Shown here piece by piece: positions 1-9,092 of a stretch of 62,928 nucleotides of DNA; the stretch's first letter is position 1; each line of letters begins with the position of its first letter. The position numbers were made by a program, and so were the translations under genes. The notes beneath the pieces were generated by a model, which was not told where the DNA came from, ran no database searches, and saw only the letters and a list, made by a program, of their open reading frames with translations. This DNA comes from Candidatus Omnitrophota bacterium (GTDB taxonomy: Bacteria; Omnitrophota; Gorgyraeia; 1-14-0-20-64-10), in assembly GCA_016201735.1 (NCBI GenBank), contig JACQCH010000002.1, positions 1 to 62,928 of the forward strand. The letters run 5' to 3'.

Positions 1-138
1 TGATTCTCTGGGTGATCCGAGTGGCTCAGTCGGGAATCTCCACAGAGATCCTGCTGTCTACCTTGTACGGGCATCCCAAACTCCAGGTTGCAGAAAGCGG
101 ATAATCTCATGGCCATCCATCAATTTGCATGAGTCGTG
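1..138. repeat. Left arm of a perfect 138-bp terminal inverted repeat of the window
   Basis: Bases 1-138 are the exact reverse complement of 62791-62928; the match stops at 139/62790. The arm contains an outward-facing ATG-initiated open frame (116 to 1 on minus) that runs off the window. Confidence 0.9.
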
Positions 139-178
139 TAATTAAATACCCCCGCTTCTTGACCTCCTCAACGATCTG

Positions 179-664
179 TCAAAAGAAAACTTTTCCGCCG
201 GTGTAGACGGCGAGCGTCACGATCAGGCCGGCACCGATGACGCCGGCGGCGATCGCCGGGAAGGCCAGCCGGAACGGGAGCCGAAAGAAGAAGGCGGCGG
301 CGCAGCCGCTCCAAGCGCCCGTCAACGGCAAGGGGACCGCGACAAAGATCGCCAGGCCGAGCGCCTGGTACCGCTGGACGATCCGGGCATGGGCCTCGGT
401 CCGGGCAAAGAGCCAGTTGAAGAACCGTTTCCAGAATGGAAAACGGGAGAGCCAGGAAGAAACCCGGCCCAAGAAAAGCAGAAGAGGAATCACGGGAAGC
501 AGGTTCCCCAGACAAGACCAGAAAAAGGCCTGCCAGAGAGAAAGGTTCAAAGCGACTCCCACCGGGATCGCTCCCCGGAGCTCCGCGATCGGCAAGGCGG
601 CGACGATCACCGTCACCAGCTCCGGCGGCAATCCCTTCAACACCTCCACAATCGCATGGATCAT
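179..664 (-). CDS. Small integral membrane protein, small multidrug export (COG2426/PF06695)-like
   Basis: 161-aa ORF with several hydrophobic segments. The LPIAELRGAIPVG motif near the N-terminus matches what I remember for this family. Confidence 0.5.
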   Translation of the reverse strand: MIHAIVEVLKGLPPELVTVIVAALPIAELRGAIPVGVALNLSLWQAFFWSCLGNLLPVIPLLLFLGRVSSWLSRFPFWKRFFNWLFARTEAHARIVQRYQALGLAIFVAVPLPLTGAWSGCAAAFFFRLPFRLAFPAIAAGVIGAGLIVTLAVYTGGKVFF

Positions 665-680
665 CTCTGACTCCTTCTCA

Positions 681-891
681 CTCGGGGTCCTGTCAGGGGA
701 CGGGCCAGTTTCGGCATCGGGCCTCGGTCGGTTGGGTTGTTCACAGAGACCGGCGGACCGATTCGGTGGTGGCCCAAAACCAATGGCAGTGACAAAAGGG
801 ATTCAATTCAGCCTGTGTCTCCATTTAGCAGGGCTCTGCCTGTGACGTCGGCCCTGCTGGCGGAAACCGGCCCGCCCCCTGCCACCCCGAG
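681..891. repeat. Long imperfect hairpin element R1, a diverged homologue of 42002..42222
   Basis: Closing stem CTCGGGGT (681-688) / ACCCCGAG (884-891). Shares the blocks CGGCATCGGGCCT..TCGG.TGGGTTGTTCACA and ACGTCGG.CCTGCTGGCG with the 42-kb copy. No credible ORF. Confidence 0.6.
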
Positions 892-909
892 GATCGACGA
901 ATCTGCGAG

Positions 910-1162
910 GACCCCGGCTCGGGGGATGGGGTTCGAAGGCAATGAAAATCCCGAGCGGGCACGGTGTCCCCTGGGAGCTGAAATTCCAGGGACGAGCGAG
1001 GGATTTTCGATTAGCGCGGCTGGCGCTGGCGGAAGCGCCACCACGCGCCTCAGCGCAGAAGTCGACCACGTGGCTGCGGCTAGAGGAGGCCGCACCACTT
1101 GTAAGCTCTGAGTCGCTGGGGTCGACGAGCGGGCCTGAGAAGCCCTCCCACGAGCCGGGGTC
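910..1162. repeat. Second long hairpin-like non-coding segment
   Basis: 12-bp closing stem GACCCCGGCTCG (910-921) / CGAGCCGGGGTC (1151-1162) plus internal hairpins (GAAAATCCC/GGGATTTTC, TGGCGC/GCGCCA). ORFs here are R/P/S-rich and look non-coding. Confidence 0.4.
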
Positions 1163-1169
1163 TCGGGGC

Positions 1170-1820
1170 TCATGAGCCTTCCGCGCCGATCAAAGGGACA
1201 AAGAGACAACTGCACCCTTCCTGCAATCGAAGGTTCCCCTGGACCCGTTCCACCAGCGTCAAGGTCTGCTCGAGAGCCGATCCGATTGGAACCACGAGCC
1301 GTCCTCCTTCGGCCAACTGCCCCGCCAGAGATTTCGGAACGGAAGGAGCCGCCGCGGCCACCAGGATCCGATCAAAGGGAGCCGCTTCCGGCCATCCCAA
1401 GGAGCCGTCCCCTACCCGGATCTCCACATTCGCATAGCCCATATCCTTCAATAGACGGGAGGCCCGCTCCGCCAAGACAGGGATCCGTTCAATGGAATAA
1501 ACCTTCGAAGCGATCTCTGCCAGGAGGGCCGTCTGGTAGCCGGATCCGGTCCCGATCTCCAGTACCCGGGAATCCGGTTCCGGATGAAGAAGCTCCATCA
1601 TCAAGGCGACGATGTACGGCTGAGAGATGGTCTGGCCTTCCCCGATCGGCAGGGGATGATCGGTGTAACTTCTCATCCGGTGCTCCTCCGGAACAAACCG
1701 ATCCCGGGGCACCTTGGAGAAGACCGAGAGGATCTTCGGGTCCCGGATTCCACGATTCAAAATCTGACCCGCCACCATCTGCCGCCGCTCTCTCTCAAAC
1801 GTTATCTGCGGCTCTTCCAT
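1170..1820 (-). CDS. pcm: Protein-L-isoaspartate O-methyltransferase
   Basis: 216-aa ORF with ISQPYIVALM and the SAM-binding LEIGTGSGYQTA motif typical of Pcm. Confidence 0.9.
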   Translation of the reverse strand: MEEPQITFERERRQMVAGQILNRGIRDPKILSVFSKVPRDRFVPEEHRMRSYTDHPLPIGEGQTISQPYIVALMMELLHPEPDSRVLEIGTGSGYQTALLAEIASKVYSIERIPVLAERASRLLKDMGYANVEIRVGDGSLGWPEAAPFDRILVAAAAPSVPKSLAGQLAEGGRLVVPIGSALEQTLTLVERVQGNLRLQEGCSCLFVPLIGAEGS

Positions 1821-2524
1821 AGCCCGAACAAAAAGCGGAAGAAACGAAGGGTATCCCGGCCCGGCCGGATAAAACTTGTATTCCGGTCATAGACGGAGCT
1901 GACCGGGATCGAGACGATCCGGGCCCCGGCCCAGGCGGACTTCACCAACAGCTCCGATTCAATCTCGAACCGGTCGCGGTCCAGATCCACCTGTTCCAGA
2001 ACCCGGCGGCCGATGAGGCGGAATCCGCATTGGGTATCGGGGAACCGCTGACCCGCGACGGAGGATAGGATCCGGGACATCAACCAGTTGGTGAGGCGCC
2101 GATCCAAAGGCATCCCCTTTGGGTTCTCCATCCGGTTCCCTAAGATCAGATCCGCGGATCCTTGGGCAGCCGCCTCTAAGAACCGGGGAATCTCCGAGGG
2201 AAGATGCTGTCCATCGGCATCCATGGTTAGGATCCAATCGTAGCCGGCCTTCAGGGCATGCTCCAATCCTTCCCGCAGGGCCCTCCCCTTGCCCCCGTTG
2301 ACCTGTCGCCGGATCACTCTGGCCCCGGATTCTTCCGCCCGTTGGGAAGTTTGATCCGAAGAAGCATCATCCACGACAATGACGGGCAGCCCCTGCGCGG
2401 CGGCTTGACCCACCAACGAGCCAATCATCGCCTGGGCCTGGTAGGCGGGGATCAGGACAACCGCATTGAGGGAGCGCCGGTTCGACTCAGAGGATGACAC
2501 TGGGCCCGGGCGTCCAGAAGTCAT
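1802..2524 (-). CDS. Family 2 glycosyltransferase
   Basis: ORF 1802..2614 trimmed to the in-frame ATG at 2524. VVLIPAY..VVDDASSD..DADGQH motifs of GT2 enzymes. Start uncertain. Confidence 0.75.
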   Translation of the reverse strand: MTSGRPGPVSSSESNRRSLNAVVLIPAYQAQAMIGSLVGQAAAQGLPVIVVDDASSDQTSQRAEESGARVIRRQVNGGKGRALREGLEHALKAGYDWILTMDADGQHLPSEIPRFLEAAAQGSADLILGNRMENPKGMPLDRRLTNWLMSRILSSVAGQRFPDTQCGFRLIGRRVLEQVDLDRDRFEIESELLVKSAWAGARIVSIPVSSVYDRNTSFIRPGRDTLRFFRFLFGLWKSRR

Positions 2525-3371
2525 GAAAAATATACCACTGCGTTGGATAGCGGCGGATGTATCTCTCCATGACTTCCAAGCAGGCCTGGCTGATCTGGCG
2601 CACCGCCTCTTCACGCTTCAAATCGGGCGGGACGGTGATGGGGCGCTCGAGGATAAACCGGTAGCGCCCACCCGGTTCCCGCACCAGGAAGCCGGGAACA
2701 ATCGGAGCCCTGGTTCTTAGATAAAAAGCGGCCGGGCCAGTTGGAACATCCAGCCACTTGCCGAAGAAAGGGAGTTTCAAACCATGATTGGAGAAATCCC
2801 GGTCGCCGACCAAGGCAAGAATCTGGTTGTTCCGAAGAACCGACAGGGCCGATTCAAAGAAAGACCTCCGACCGGCTTGGGTCAACGGGATCCCCCTGAC
2901 CCCTACCCGGCCCCTCTGCCTTTCAAAGAAAGCGTTCACGCGAGGGTTCCGGTGCGTCAGCACCACCGCATTCACCGGCAGTCCCGAGAGAGCCAGGACA
3001 GCCCCGGCCAGCTCGTAATTCCCCAGATGAGCCGTCAATCCGATCGCTCCCCGTCCGGATCGAAGAACCTCCCGCATCCAGTCCAATCCTTCGATCGTCA
3101 CCTGTTGTCTCATCTTCTCCGGGGAGAGCCGCTGGAAGCGGAAAAAATCGACCAGGTATTTCCCAAAATTTCGGAACACCTCCCGCACTTGGGCTTCGGA
3201 AACCTCCCGGGTTCCAAGGATCTGTTCCAGGTTGTGCCGGACTCCTTCCCGGTCCTTGGCGCACCACAAGCACCAGAAGTCGGCCAGCCGGCAGGCGATC
3301 CAATAGGAAACCGATCTCGGCAGAAGCAGGGTTCCCCATGAACCAATCCAATACAGCGCGTAGAAAAACAC
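2487..3371 (-). CDS. LpxL/HtrB-family lipid A (lysophospholipid) acyltransferase
   Basis: 294-aa ORF with GTG start. Length and the C-terminal YPTQWYIFHDFW resemble the lauroyl/myristoyl acyltransferase family. Confidence 0.7.
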   Translation of the reverse strand: MFFYALYWIGSWGTLLLPRSVSYWIACRLADFWCLWCAKDREGVRHNLEQILGTREVSEAQVREVFRNFGKYLVDFFRFQRLSPEKMRQQVTIEGLDWMREVLRSGRGAIGLTAHLGNYELAGAVLALSGLPVNAVVLTHRNPRVNAFFERQRGRVGVRGIPLTQAGRRSFFESALSVLRNNQILALVGDRDFSNHGLKLPFFGKWLDVPTGPAAFYLRTRAPIVPGFLVREPGGRYRFILERPITVPPDLKREEAVRQISQACLEVMERYIRRYPTQWYIFHDFWTPGPSVIL

Positions 3372-3376
3372 TTACT

Positions 3377-3399
3377 GTCGCCAACCGCGAGTTCTCAGC
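3377..3399. repeat. Solitary copy of the TIR of the rplB/rpsS element
   Basis: GTCGCCAACCGCGAGTTCTCAGC matches GTTGCCAACCGTGAGTTCTCAGC (22744-22766) at 21/23 positions. It fills the 23-nt gap between two CDS, and its TGA is the stop of the upstream gene. Confidence 0.55.
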
Positions 3400-4513
3400 A
3401 CATCATCCCCAAGACGAGCCGAGCGGCCTCACTGGCGGAGTTGGGCCTTCCAAGCCGTTTTGAATTGGCGGCCATCTGGGCGAGCTCCTGGGGATGCGTC
3501 AGAAGATGCTCCACGATCCGGGGCAGGGCGTCAGGGTCATCCACTTCCCGAGCCACATTGGCCCTTTCCAGGAAGTTCGCGTTCTTGACCTCTTGCCCTG
3601 GAATAGGATTGATCACAATCAATGGGAGCCCCGAAGCCAACGCCTCGGAAGTGGTCAGCCCCCCCGGTTTGGTCACAAGGAGAGTGGCCACCTTCATCAG
3701 CTCCGCGATAAATCCCACGTGCCCGAACACCCGGACCGAACAACGCAGACGGGGAATCTGTGAAATCAGCCGGTGATAAAGCCGCTCGTTGCTGCCGGCC
3801 ACCACCAACAACTGCAGCGGTTGGTCAATCGAGTCCAAGGCCTTGACCGCTTCCAGGAGAGGGCCCAATCCCTGACCCCCTCCCATGAGAAGGATCGTAG
3901 GAACCCCATTGGAAATCTGGAGCCGCCGCCGGATCATCTCAATGTTGGGGACCTCCGCGAAGCGGGGATCGATTGGGATTCCTGTCACGAAAATCTTCGC
4001 CGGGTCCACCTGATGATCCACCAGCCACTGACGAGTTTGATCAGCGCCAACGATGTAGCCGTCGACCAGGGGGTGAATCCAATAGGCGTGGGGATGAAAA
4101 TCAGTAATCGCTCCATACAGAGGGACGGAAACCCCATGCTCCTTCTTGTAGTCGGCCACCAAGCCGCAGGGAAAGGCCTGGGTGCAGGCGATCGAATCGG
4201 GTTGGAATTCATCCAGAAGGCCTTTCAAGCGGGGGGAATCGTACCGGTGGAGCAGCTGGCGAAAATGCTCCGAGCGCTCCACCACCTTCGGGTTGTCGTA
4301 CAGATAATCCCACAGGTCCGGCAGTTTCTGGATCACCGACATGTACATCCGGTCCACGATCCGGGCCAAGACCGGATTCAGATACTGGAAGGCGTCGATG
4401 GTCAGGATTTCGGCCCCGGGGTTTAAGGTGCGGATCCCCTCCTCCAAGGCCCGGGCCGCCTGAAAATGGCCCGAGCGGACCGTGATGTACATCAACAAGA
4501 TTTTCTTGTGCAT
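3395..4513 (-). CDS. MGDG-synthase/UgtP-like diacylglycerol glycosyltransferase (GT28)
   Basis: 372-aa ORF. N-terminal KILLMY..SGHFQAARAL and the C-terminal GT-B fold motif GGLTTSEALA resemble the remembered family. Confidence 0.7.
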   Translation of the reverse strand: MHKKILLMYITVRSGHFQAARALEEGIRTLNPGAEILTIDAFQYLNPVLARIVDRMYMSVIQKLPDLWDYLYDNPKVVERSEHFRQLLHRYDSPRLKGLLDEFQPDSIACTQAFPCGLVADYKKEHGVSVPLYGAITDFHPHAYWIHPLVDGYIVGADQTRQWLVDHQVDPAKIFVTGIPIDPRFAEVPNIEMIRRRLQISNGVPTILLMGGGQGLGPLLEAVKALDSIDQPLQLLVVAGSNERLYHRLISQIPRLRCSVRVFGHVGFIAELMKVATLLVTKPGGLTTSEALASGLPLIVINPIPGQEVKNANFLERANVAREVDDPDALPRIVEHLLTHPQELAQMAANSKRLGRPNSASEAARLVLGMMC

Positions 4514-4514
4514 C

Positions 4515-5702
4515 TTACGAATTAATTTCCAGAATCTTCTGGATTCTCTCCAGGGCGATCTTCAGCCGGGGCTCCGGCTCGACCAGGGCAAACCGGACGT
4601 ATCCTTCTCCGTATTCGCCGAAACCGGTTCCGGGCGCCGTCACGAGCCCTGCTTCATCCACCAGGAGCTGCGCAAATTCCAGAGAGGTCAGGGCGCTGAA
4701 CTTCGGCGGGATATGGGCCCAAATGTAGAAGGTGGCCTTCGGCAGAGGAACCTTCCAGCCGATATCGTTCAACCCTTTGACAAACAGGTCCCGGCGCTTC
4801 CGGTAGATCTCCACCAGATCCTTGACGTAATCCTGCGGGCCGGTCAAGGCCTTGATCGCCGCCATCTGGACCGCCCGGAAGATTCCGAAGTCGATGTACG
4901 ATTTGGTTTTCTCCAAGGAGCGGAGGATCTGGGCGTTGCCGACCACCCATCCGACCCGCCAGCCGGCCATGTTGTAGCTCTTGGAGCAGGTGTGGAACTC
5001 GATGCAGTACCCCTGCCGAGCCCCTTTGACCTGAAGCAGGCTCGGCGCCTTGTACCCGTCGAACACGATGTCGGAGTAAGCCAGGTCGGAACAAAGAATC
5101 AACTCCTTCCCTTTTCCCCAATCCACCAGTTCCTTGTAGAAATCCAGATCCACGCAGGCGGTGGTGGGATTGTGAGGGTAGCTGACGAAAAGGATCTTCG
5201 CCATCCGGACCACTTCTTTGCTCAGCGCCTTGAAGTTGGGCTTGAAATTATTCTCGGGGCCGATCGGAACGTTGTAGAGGATCCCTCCGGCCATGATGAC
5301 GCCGTTCTCATGGACCGGATAGGCGGGGTTGGGCACCAGGCCGATGTCGTCGTTATTTAAGAAGGCCAGGGACAGATGGGCGATCCCTTCCTTCGACCCG
5401 ATCAGGGGAAGGACTTCGGTCTTCGGATCCAAGGAAACATTGAACCGCTGCTCGTACCAGGAAGCGATCGCCTCCCGAAACTTCTCCTCCACGTCGCCGT
5501 GCGGACGGGAATAGCGCTGGTTCTCAACCGCCCGGGCGGCCCGGCAGAGCTCTTCCACAACATGGGGGGGGCTGGGCAAATCGGGGTTCCCCATTCCCAA
5601 ATCAATCACGTCCACTCCCCGGGCCTTCGCCTTGGATTTAAGCTCATCCATGATGGTGAAGAGATATAGAGGGAGCCGCTTCATTCGATTCGCTTCTTGC
5701 AT
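4515..5702 (-). CDS. Class I PLP-dependent aminotransferase (AlaC-like)
   Basis: 395-aa ORF. RLPLYLF..DELK..GVDVIDLGMGNPDLPSPPHVVEEL resembles the E. coli AlaC N-terminus. The start may be the ATG 18 nt downstream. Confidence 0.8.
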   Translation of the reverse strand: MQEANRMKRLPLYLFTIMDELKSKAKARGVDVIDLGMGNPDLPSPPHVVEELCRAARAVENQRYSRPHGDVEEKFREAIASWYEQRFNVSLDPKTEVLPLIGSKEGIAHLSLAFLNNDDIGLVPNPAYPVHENGVIMAGGILYNVPIGPENNFKPNFKALSKEVVRMAKILFVSYPHNPTTACVDLDFYKELVDWGKGKELILCSDLAYSDIVFDGYKAPSLLQVKGARQGYCIEFHTCSKSYNMAGWRVGWVVGNAQILRSLEKTKSYIDFGIFRAVQMAAIKALTGPQDYVKDLVEIYRKRRDLFVKGLNDIGWKVPLPKATFYIWAHIPPKFSALTSLEFAQLLVDEAGLVTAPGTGFGEYGEGYVRFALVEPEPRLKIALERIQKILEINS

Positions 5703-5705
5703 GGT

Positions 5706-6575
5706 CTAAGACTCCCCCCTCAAGGCTTCGAACGCATTGTAAGAAGAACGCACGTACGGGGCGCTGGCGGTAAAAGAGAAGCCGAGCGCCTGCGCCCAGG
5801 TGCGGTAGTCCTCGAACTGCTCCGGTTCCACAAAGGCGGTCACCTTCGGATGATCCAGTGTCGGCTGAAGATACTGCCCGATCGTCAACAGATCGCATCC
5901 GGCCCCGCGAAGATCCTCCATCGCCCCGCGCACCTCCTGCGGCTCCTCTCCCAGACCGACCATCAGCCCACTCTTGGTTTTAAGCCTCCCCGCCCCCAGC
6001 TCCTTGGCCAGACGCAAAACCTCCAGGGAGCGGCGGTAATCGGCCTGAGGGCGAACGGATCGGGAGAGGCGTTCCACCGTCTCGATGTTATGATTGTAAA
6101 CCTCCGGGCCCGCCTCCACCACGGATTGAATGAGACTCCGCCTCGCGTGGAAGTCCGGAGTCAAAACTTCCACTTGAACCGAGGGGGCCCGCGCCTTAAT
6201 GGCGGAAATGGAAGCGGCGAAAAGTCCCGACCCCTCATCGACAAGGTCATCCCTCGCCGGCGAGGTGACCACCACGTATTGCAGCTTGAGGCGGACCACC
6301 GCTTCCGCCAGCCGGTGGGGCTCCTCCCAATCGACCGCCCCGGGACGAGCCGTCGCCACCGCGCAGAAAGAGCACCGACGGGTACACCGGTCCCCCAGGA
6401 TCATGAAGCTCACGTTTCCGTGGCTCCAGCATTCCCCCAGATTCGGACAGCGGGCCTCCTCGCAAACCGTGTGAAGGGCCAGCTCCCGAACCAATCCCTT
6501 CGCCGAGCCCCATTGGCCGTGGACCGCCAAAGGCCGTCGCAGCCAGGCCGGGAAAGAGCTAGTCTCGGCTGGCAT
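5706..6575 (-). CDS. lipA: Lipoyl synthase
   Basis: CEEARCPNLGECW and the radical-SAM CTRRCSFCAV cluster motifs. Confidence 0.92.
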   Translation of the reverse strand: MPAETSSFPAWLRRPLAVHGQWGSAKGLVRELALHTVCEEARCPNLGECWSHGNVSFMILGDRCTRRCSFCAVATARPGAVDWEEPHRLAEAVVRLKLQYVVVTSPARDDLVDEGSGLFAASISAIKARAPSVQVEVLTPDFHARRSLIQSVVEAGPEVYNHNIETVERLSRSVRPQADYRRSLEVLRLAKELGAGRLKTKSGLMVGLGEEPQEVRGAMEDLRGAGCDLLTIGQYLQPTLDHPKVTAFVEPEQFEDYRTWAQALGFSFTASAPYVRSSYNAFEALRGES

Positions 6576-7950
6576 AATAAATCGACTGCCCCAAAGCCAT
6601 CGCCGACGCCTCCCAGAGAGACTCGCTCATCGTCGGATGCCCATGGATCGTATCCACCAAATTCGTAAGGGTAAGCCCCTGTTTGATGGAGAGCGCCGCC
6701 TCTCCGATCAGGTCGGTCGCCCGGGCGCCGATCATCTGAACCCCGAGGAGCCGACCGTTTGCCCGGTCCGCCACCAGTTGAACGAATCCTTCGGTCTCTT
6801 CCAAGGTCTGCGCCCGCGCGAATCCGGCGAAGCTTAAGCGGCTGATCTGGACCTCTATTCCTTTAGCCGTCGCCTCCGCCTCGGTCAAGCCGACGGAGGC
6901 GATCTCCGGTTCCGTGTAAATCGCGTCCGGAACCACACTGTAATCGACCCGCCGGGCGCCGCCGATCGCATTCTCAGCCGCCAAGGCCCCTTCGTAGCTC
7001 GCCGTGCAGGCCAGCTGATATTCTCCCAGAAGATCGCCGATTCCAAAGATCGATCTCACCGATGTCCGAAGCGTTTCATCGGTCAGCAGAGCCCCTCGCT
7101 CCAGTTTTAGGCCGAGGGCTTGCGTTCCCTCGGGAAGAACTGGGGTCCGGCCCGTCGACACCAACACCAACGCCGCGGAGAGAACCTGCCCGCTGGTCAA
7201 GGTGACCGCCGCTTCTCCTGAAGGATTGGTGACAATTCCCTGGACCTTCGATCCGGTCAGGACCGTCGCTCCCCGCCGCCTCAAACTTTGCGAGAAGGCC
7301 TCGGCGATCGACTTATCCTCCGAGGGAAGAACCTGAGAAGCCGCCTCGACCAGTGTGACCGGAATCCCCAGATCCGCGAAATAACTGGCAAACTCGCAGC
7401 CGACCACTCCGGCTCCCACCACAAGGAAAGAGGCCGGCAATCTTTCCAGCTCCAGAATCTCATCGGAAGTGATGACCACCTTCCCATCGATCGGGCAGTT
7501 AGGAATCGTTCCGGGGCGGGAACCGGTGGCCAGGATGATCGCCTTCGCCCTTAAACCCTGAGAGGAAGCCCCTGATGAGGCCACCTCCACTTCTTCCCTC
7601 CCCTGAAGAATCCCCCGGCCTTGAATCCAGGTCACCTTGGACCGTTCAAGAAGAGTAGACAAACCGGCCCGCAACCGCCTCAGGATCCGATCCTTCCGGG
7701 CCCGGACAAGCCCTAAGTCAACCCGGACCTCCTGAACCTTGACTCCAAGCTGATCGGCTTTCCTTAACTGCCCTACGAGCCGGGCGGTAGTCCCCAACGC
7801 CCGGGCAGGAATGCAGCCCCGGTTGAGACATGTCCCCCCGAGCGGCCCCGGATCCACCAGGCAAACCTTCGCCCCCCGCTGAGCCCCCCGGATCGCCGCG
7901 GACAGACCGCCGGGACCCGCCCCCAGTACACACAAGTCATACGCGTCCAC
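6559..7950 (-). CDS. lpdA: Dihydrolipoyl dehydrogenase
   Basis: 463 aa with GTG start. GAGPGG FAD motif and the redox disulfide GGTCLNRGCIP. Confidence 0.88.
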   Translation of the reverse strand: MDAYDLCVLGAGPGGLSAAIRGAQRGAKVCLVDPGPLGGTCLNRGCIPARALGTTARLVGQLRKADQLGVKVQEVRVDLGLVRARKDRILRRLRAGLSTLLERSKVTWIQGRGILQGREEVEVASSGASSQGLRAKAIILATGSRPGTIPNCPIDGKVVITSDEILELERLPASFLVVGAGVVGCEFASYFADLGIPVTLVEAASQVLPSEDKSIAEAFSQSLRRRGATVLTGSKVQGIVTNPSGEAAVTLTSGQVLSAALVLVSTGRTPVLPEGTQALGLKLERGALLTDETLRTSVRSIFGIGDLLGEYQLACTASYEGALAAENAIGGARRVDYSVVPDAIYTEPEIASVGLTEAEATAKGIEVQISRLSFAGFARAQTLEETEGFVQLVADRANGRLLGVQMIGARATDLIGEAALSIKQGLTLTNLVDTIHGHPTMSESLWEASAMALGQSIYYASRD

Positions 7951-7955
7951 TAGAC

Positions 7956-8012
7956 GTCATCCTCGCGAGAGCGAGGATCTTCCGCTCGGATTCCCGCTTT
8001 CGCGGGAATGAC
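7956..8012. repeat. REP-like double hairpin embedded in the last codons of icd
   Basis: ATCCTCGC-GAGA-GCGAGGAT (7959-7978) and ATTCCCGC-TTTC-GCGGGAAT (7990-8009), bracketed by GTCAT/ATGAC. Confidence 0.65.
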
Positions 8013-9090
8013 CCTGAAGCTTGTCGATGATCGCCTCTGTCATCTGGCGGGTCCCCACAACGGAATTGTCCCCTCTGGGTTTCAGGTCGTAAGTGACCGA
8101 CTTCCCTTCCCGCAAAACCACGGAGACGGCTTGCTCCAACCGGTCGGCCGCCTCAACCTCTCCCAGATGCCGCAGCATCAGCATGCCGGACAAGATGGTG
8201 GCCGTCGGATTGACTTTATTCTGGCCTTGGTATCTCGGAGCGGATCCATGCACCGGCTCAAACAAGGCGATCTGATCTCCGATGTTCGCCCCCGGAGCAA
8301 CCCCAAGCCCCCCGATGAGGCCGGCGCACAGGTCCGAAAGAATATCCCCATACAGGTTGGGCAGGACCAGCACGTCAAACGACTCCGGGCGCTGGACGAG
8401 CTGCATGCACATGTTATCCACCAGCCGGTCCTCCGCTTCCAGTTTCCCCGCGTACTGTTGGGCCACTCGCCGGAAAACCTCCAGGAAAAGTCCATCGGAA
8501 AATTTCATAATGTTGGCCTTGTGAACGGCGGTTACCTTCTTCCGGCGATTCTTCAGAGCATATTCAAACGCGAACCGGATCACCCGCTCCGAAGCGGAGG
8601 CGGAAATCGGCTTCAAGGAAACCGCCGCATCGGGCCGGATCGTTTTCCCACCGTGGGACTTGACCCAGGCGATCAGCTCCTTCACCTCCGGAGTCCCGTC
8701 GTCGTATTCAATCCCGGCGTACAGATCTTCCGAATTCTCCCGGACAATCACCAGATCCACCTGGCGGTAATGGGCGGGAACTCCCGGGTACAGGCGGCAC
8801 GGCCGGACGCAGGCATAGAGATCCAGGGCATGGCGCATCCCCACATTGACCGAACGGATCCCGGTTCCAATCGGGGTGGTGATGGGACCCTTTAAAGCCA
8901 CCTTGTTGCGGCGGATCGATTCCAGGAGAGGCTCCGGCAGCGGAGAGCCGTGCTTGGCAATGGCCCCTTCCCCCGCCTCAAGAATCTCCCATTCAAAAGA
9001 AACTCCGGTCGCGTCCAGGCAGGCCTGCGCCGCGGCAGCCACCTCCGGCCCAATTCCATCTCCCGGAATCAACGTAACTTTGTACGCCAT
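7957..9090 (-). CDS. icd: Isocitrate dehydrogenase (isocitrate/isopropylmalate dehydrogenase family)
   Basis: 377 aa. Contains [20 protein letters not shown] and [11 protein letters not shown] motifs. The last ~18 aa are a translation of the REP-like hairpins. Confidence 0.8.
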   Translation of the reverse strand: MAYKVTLIPGDGIGPEVAAAAQACLDATGVSFEWEILEAGEGAIAKHGSPLPEPLLESIRRNKVALKGPITTPIGTGIRSVNVGMRHALDLYACVRPCRLYPGVPAHYRQVDLVIVRENSEDLYAGIEYDDGTPEVKELIAWVKSHGGKTIRPDAAVSLKPISASASERVIRFAFEYALKNRRKKVTAVHKANIMKFSDGLFLEVFRRVAQQYAGKLEAEDRLVDNMCMQLVQRPESFDVLVLPNLYGDILSDLCAGLIGGLGVAPGANIGDQIALFEPVHGSAPRYQGQNKVNPTATILSGMLMLRHLGEVEAADRLEQAVSVVLREGKSVTYDLKPRGDNSVVGTRQMTEAIIDKLQGHSRESGNPSGRSSLSRG

Positions 9091-9092
9091 GC

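Noticed and set aside
665-1169. Possible tmRNA, RNase P RNA, SRP RNA or 6S RNA in the large gap
   Set aside because: I looked on both strands for GGGG..acceptor/T-arm..CCACCA with an ANDxxALAA-type tag, for GAGGAAAGUCC, and for the SRP helix-8 motif. None is present. A GGGGATGGGGTTCGAAGG stretch has no matching 3' end before pcm. A 6S-like fold cannot be excluded and is kept only as a hypothesis in the findings.
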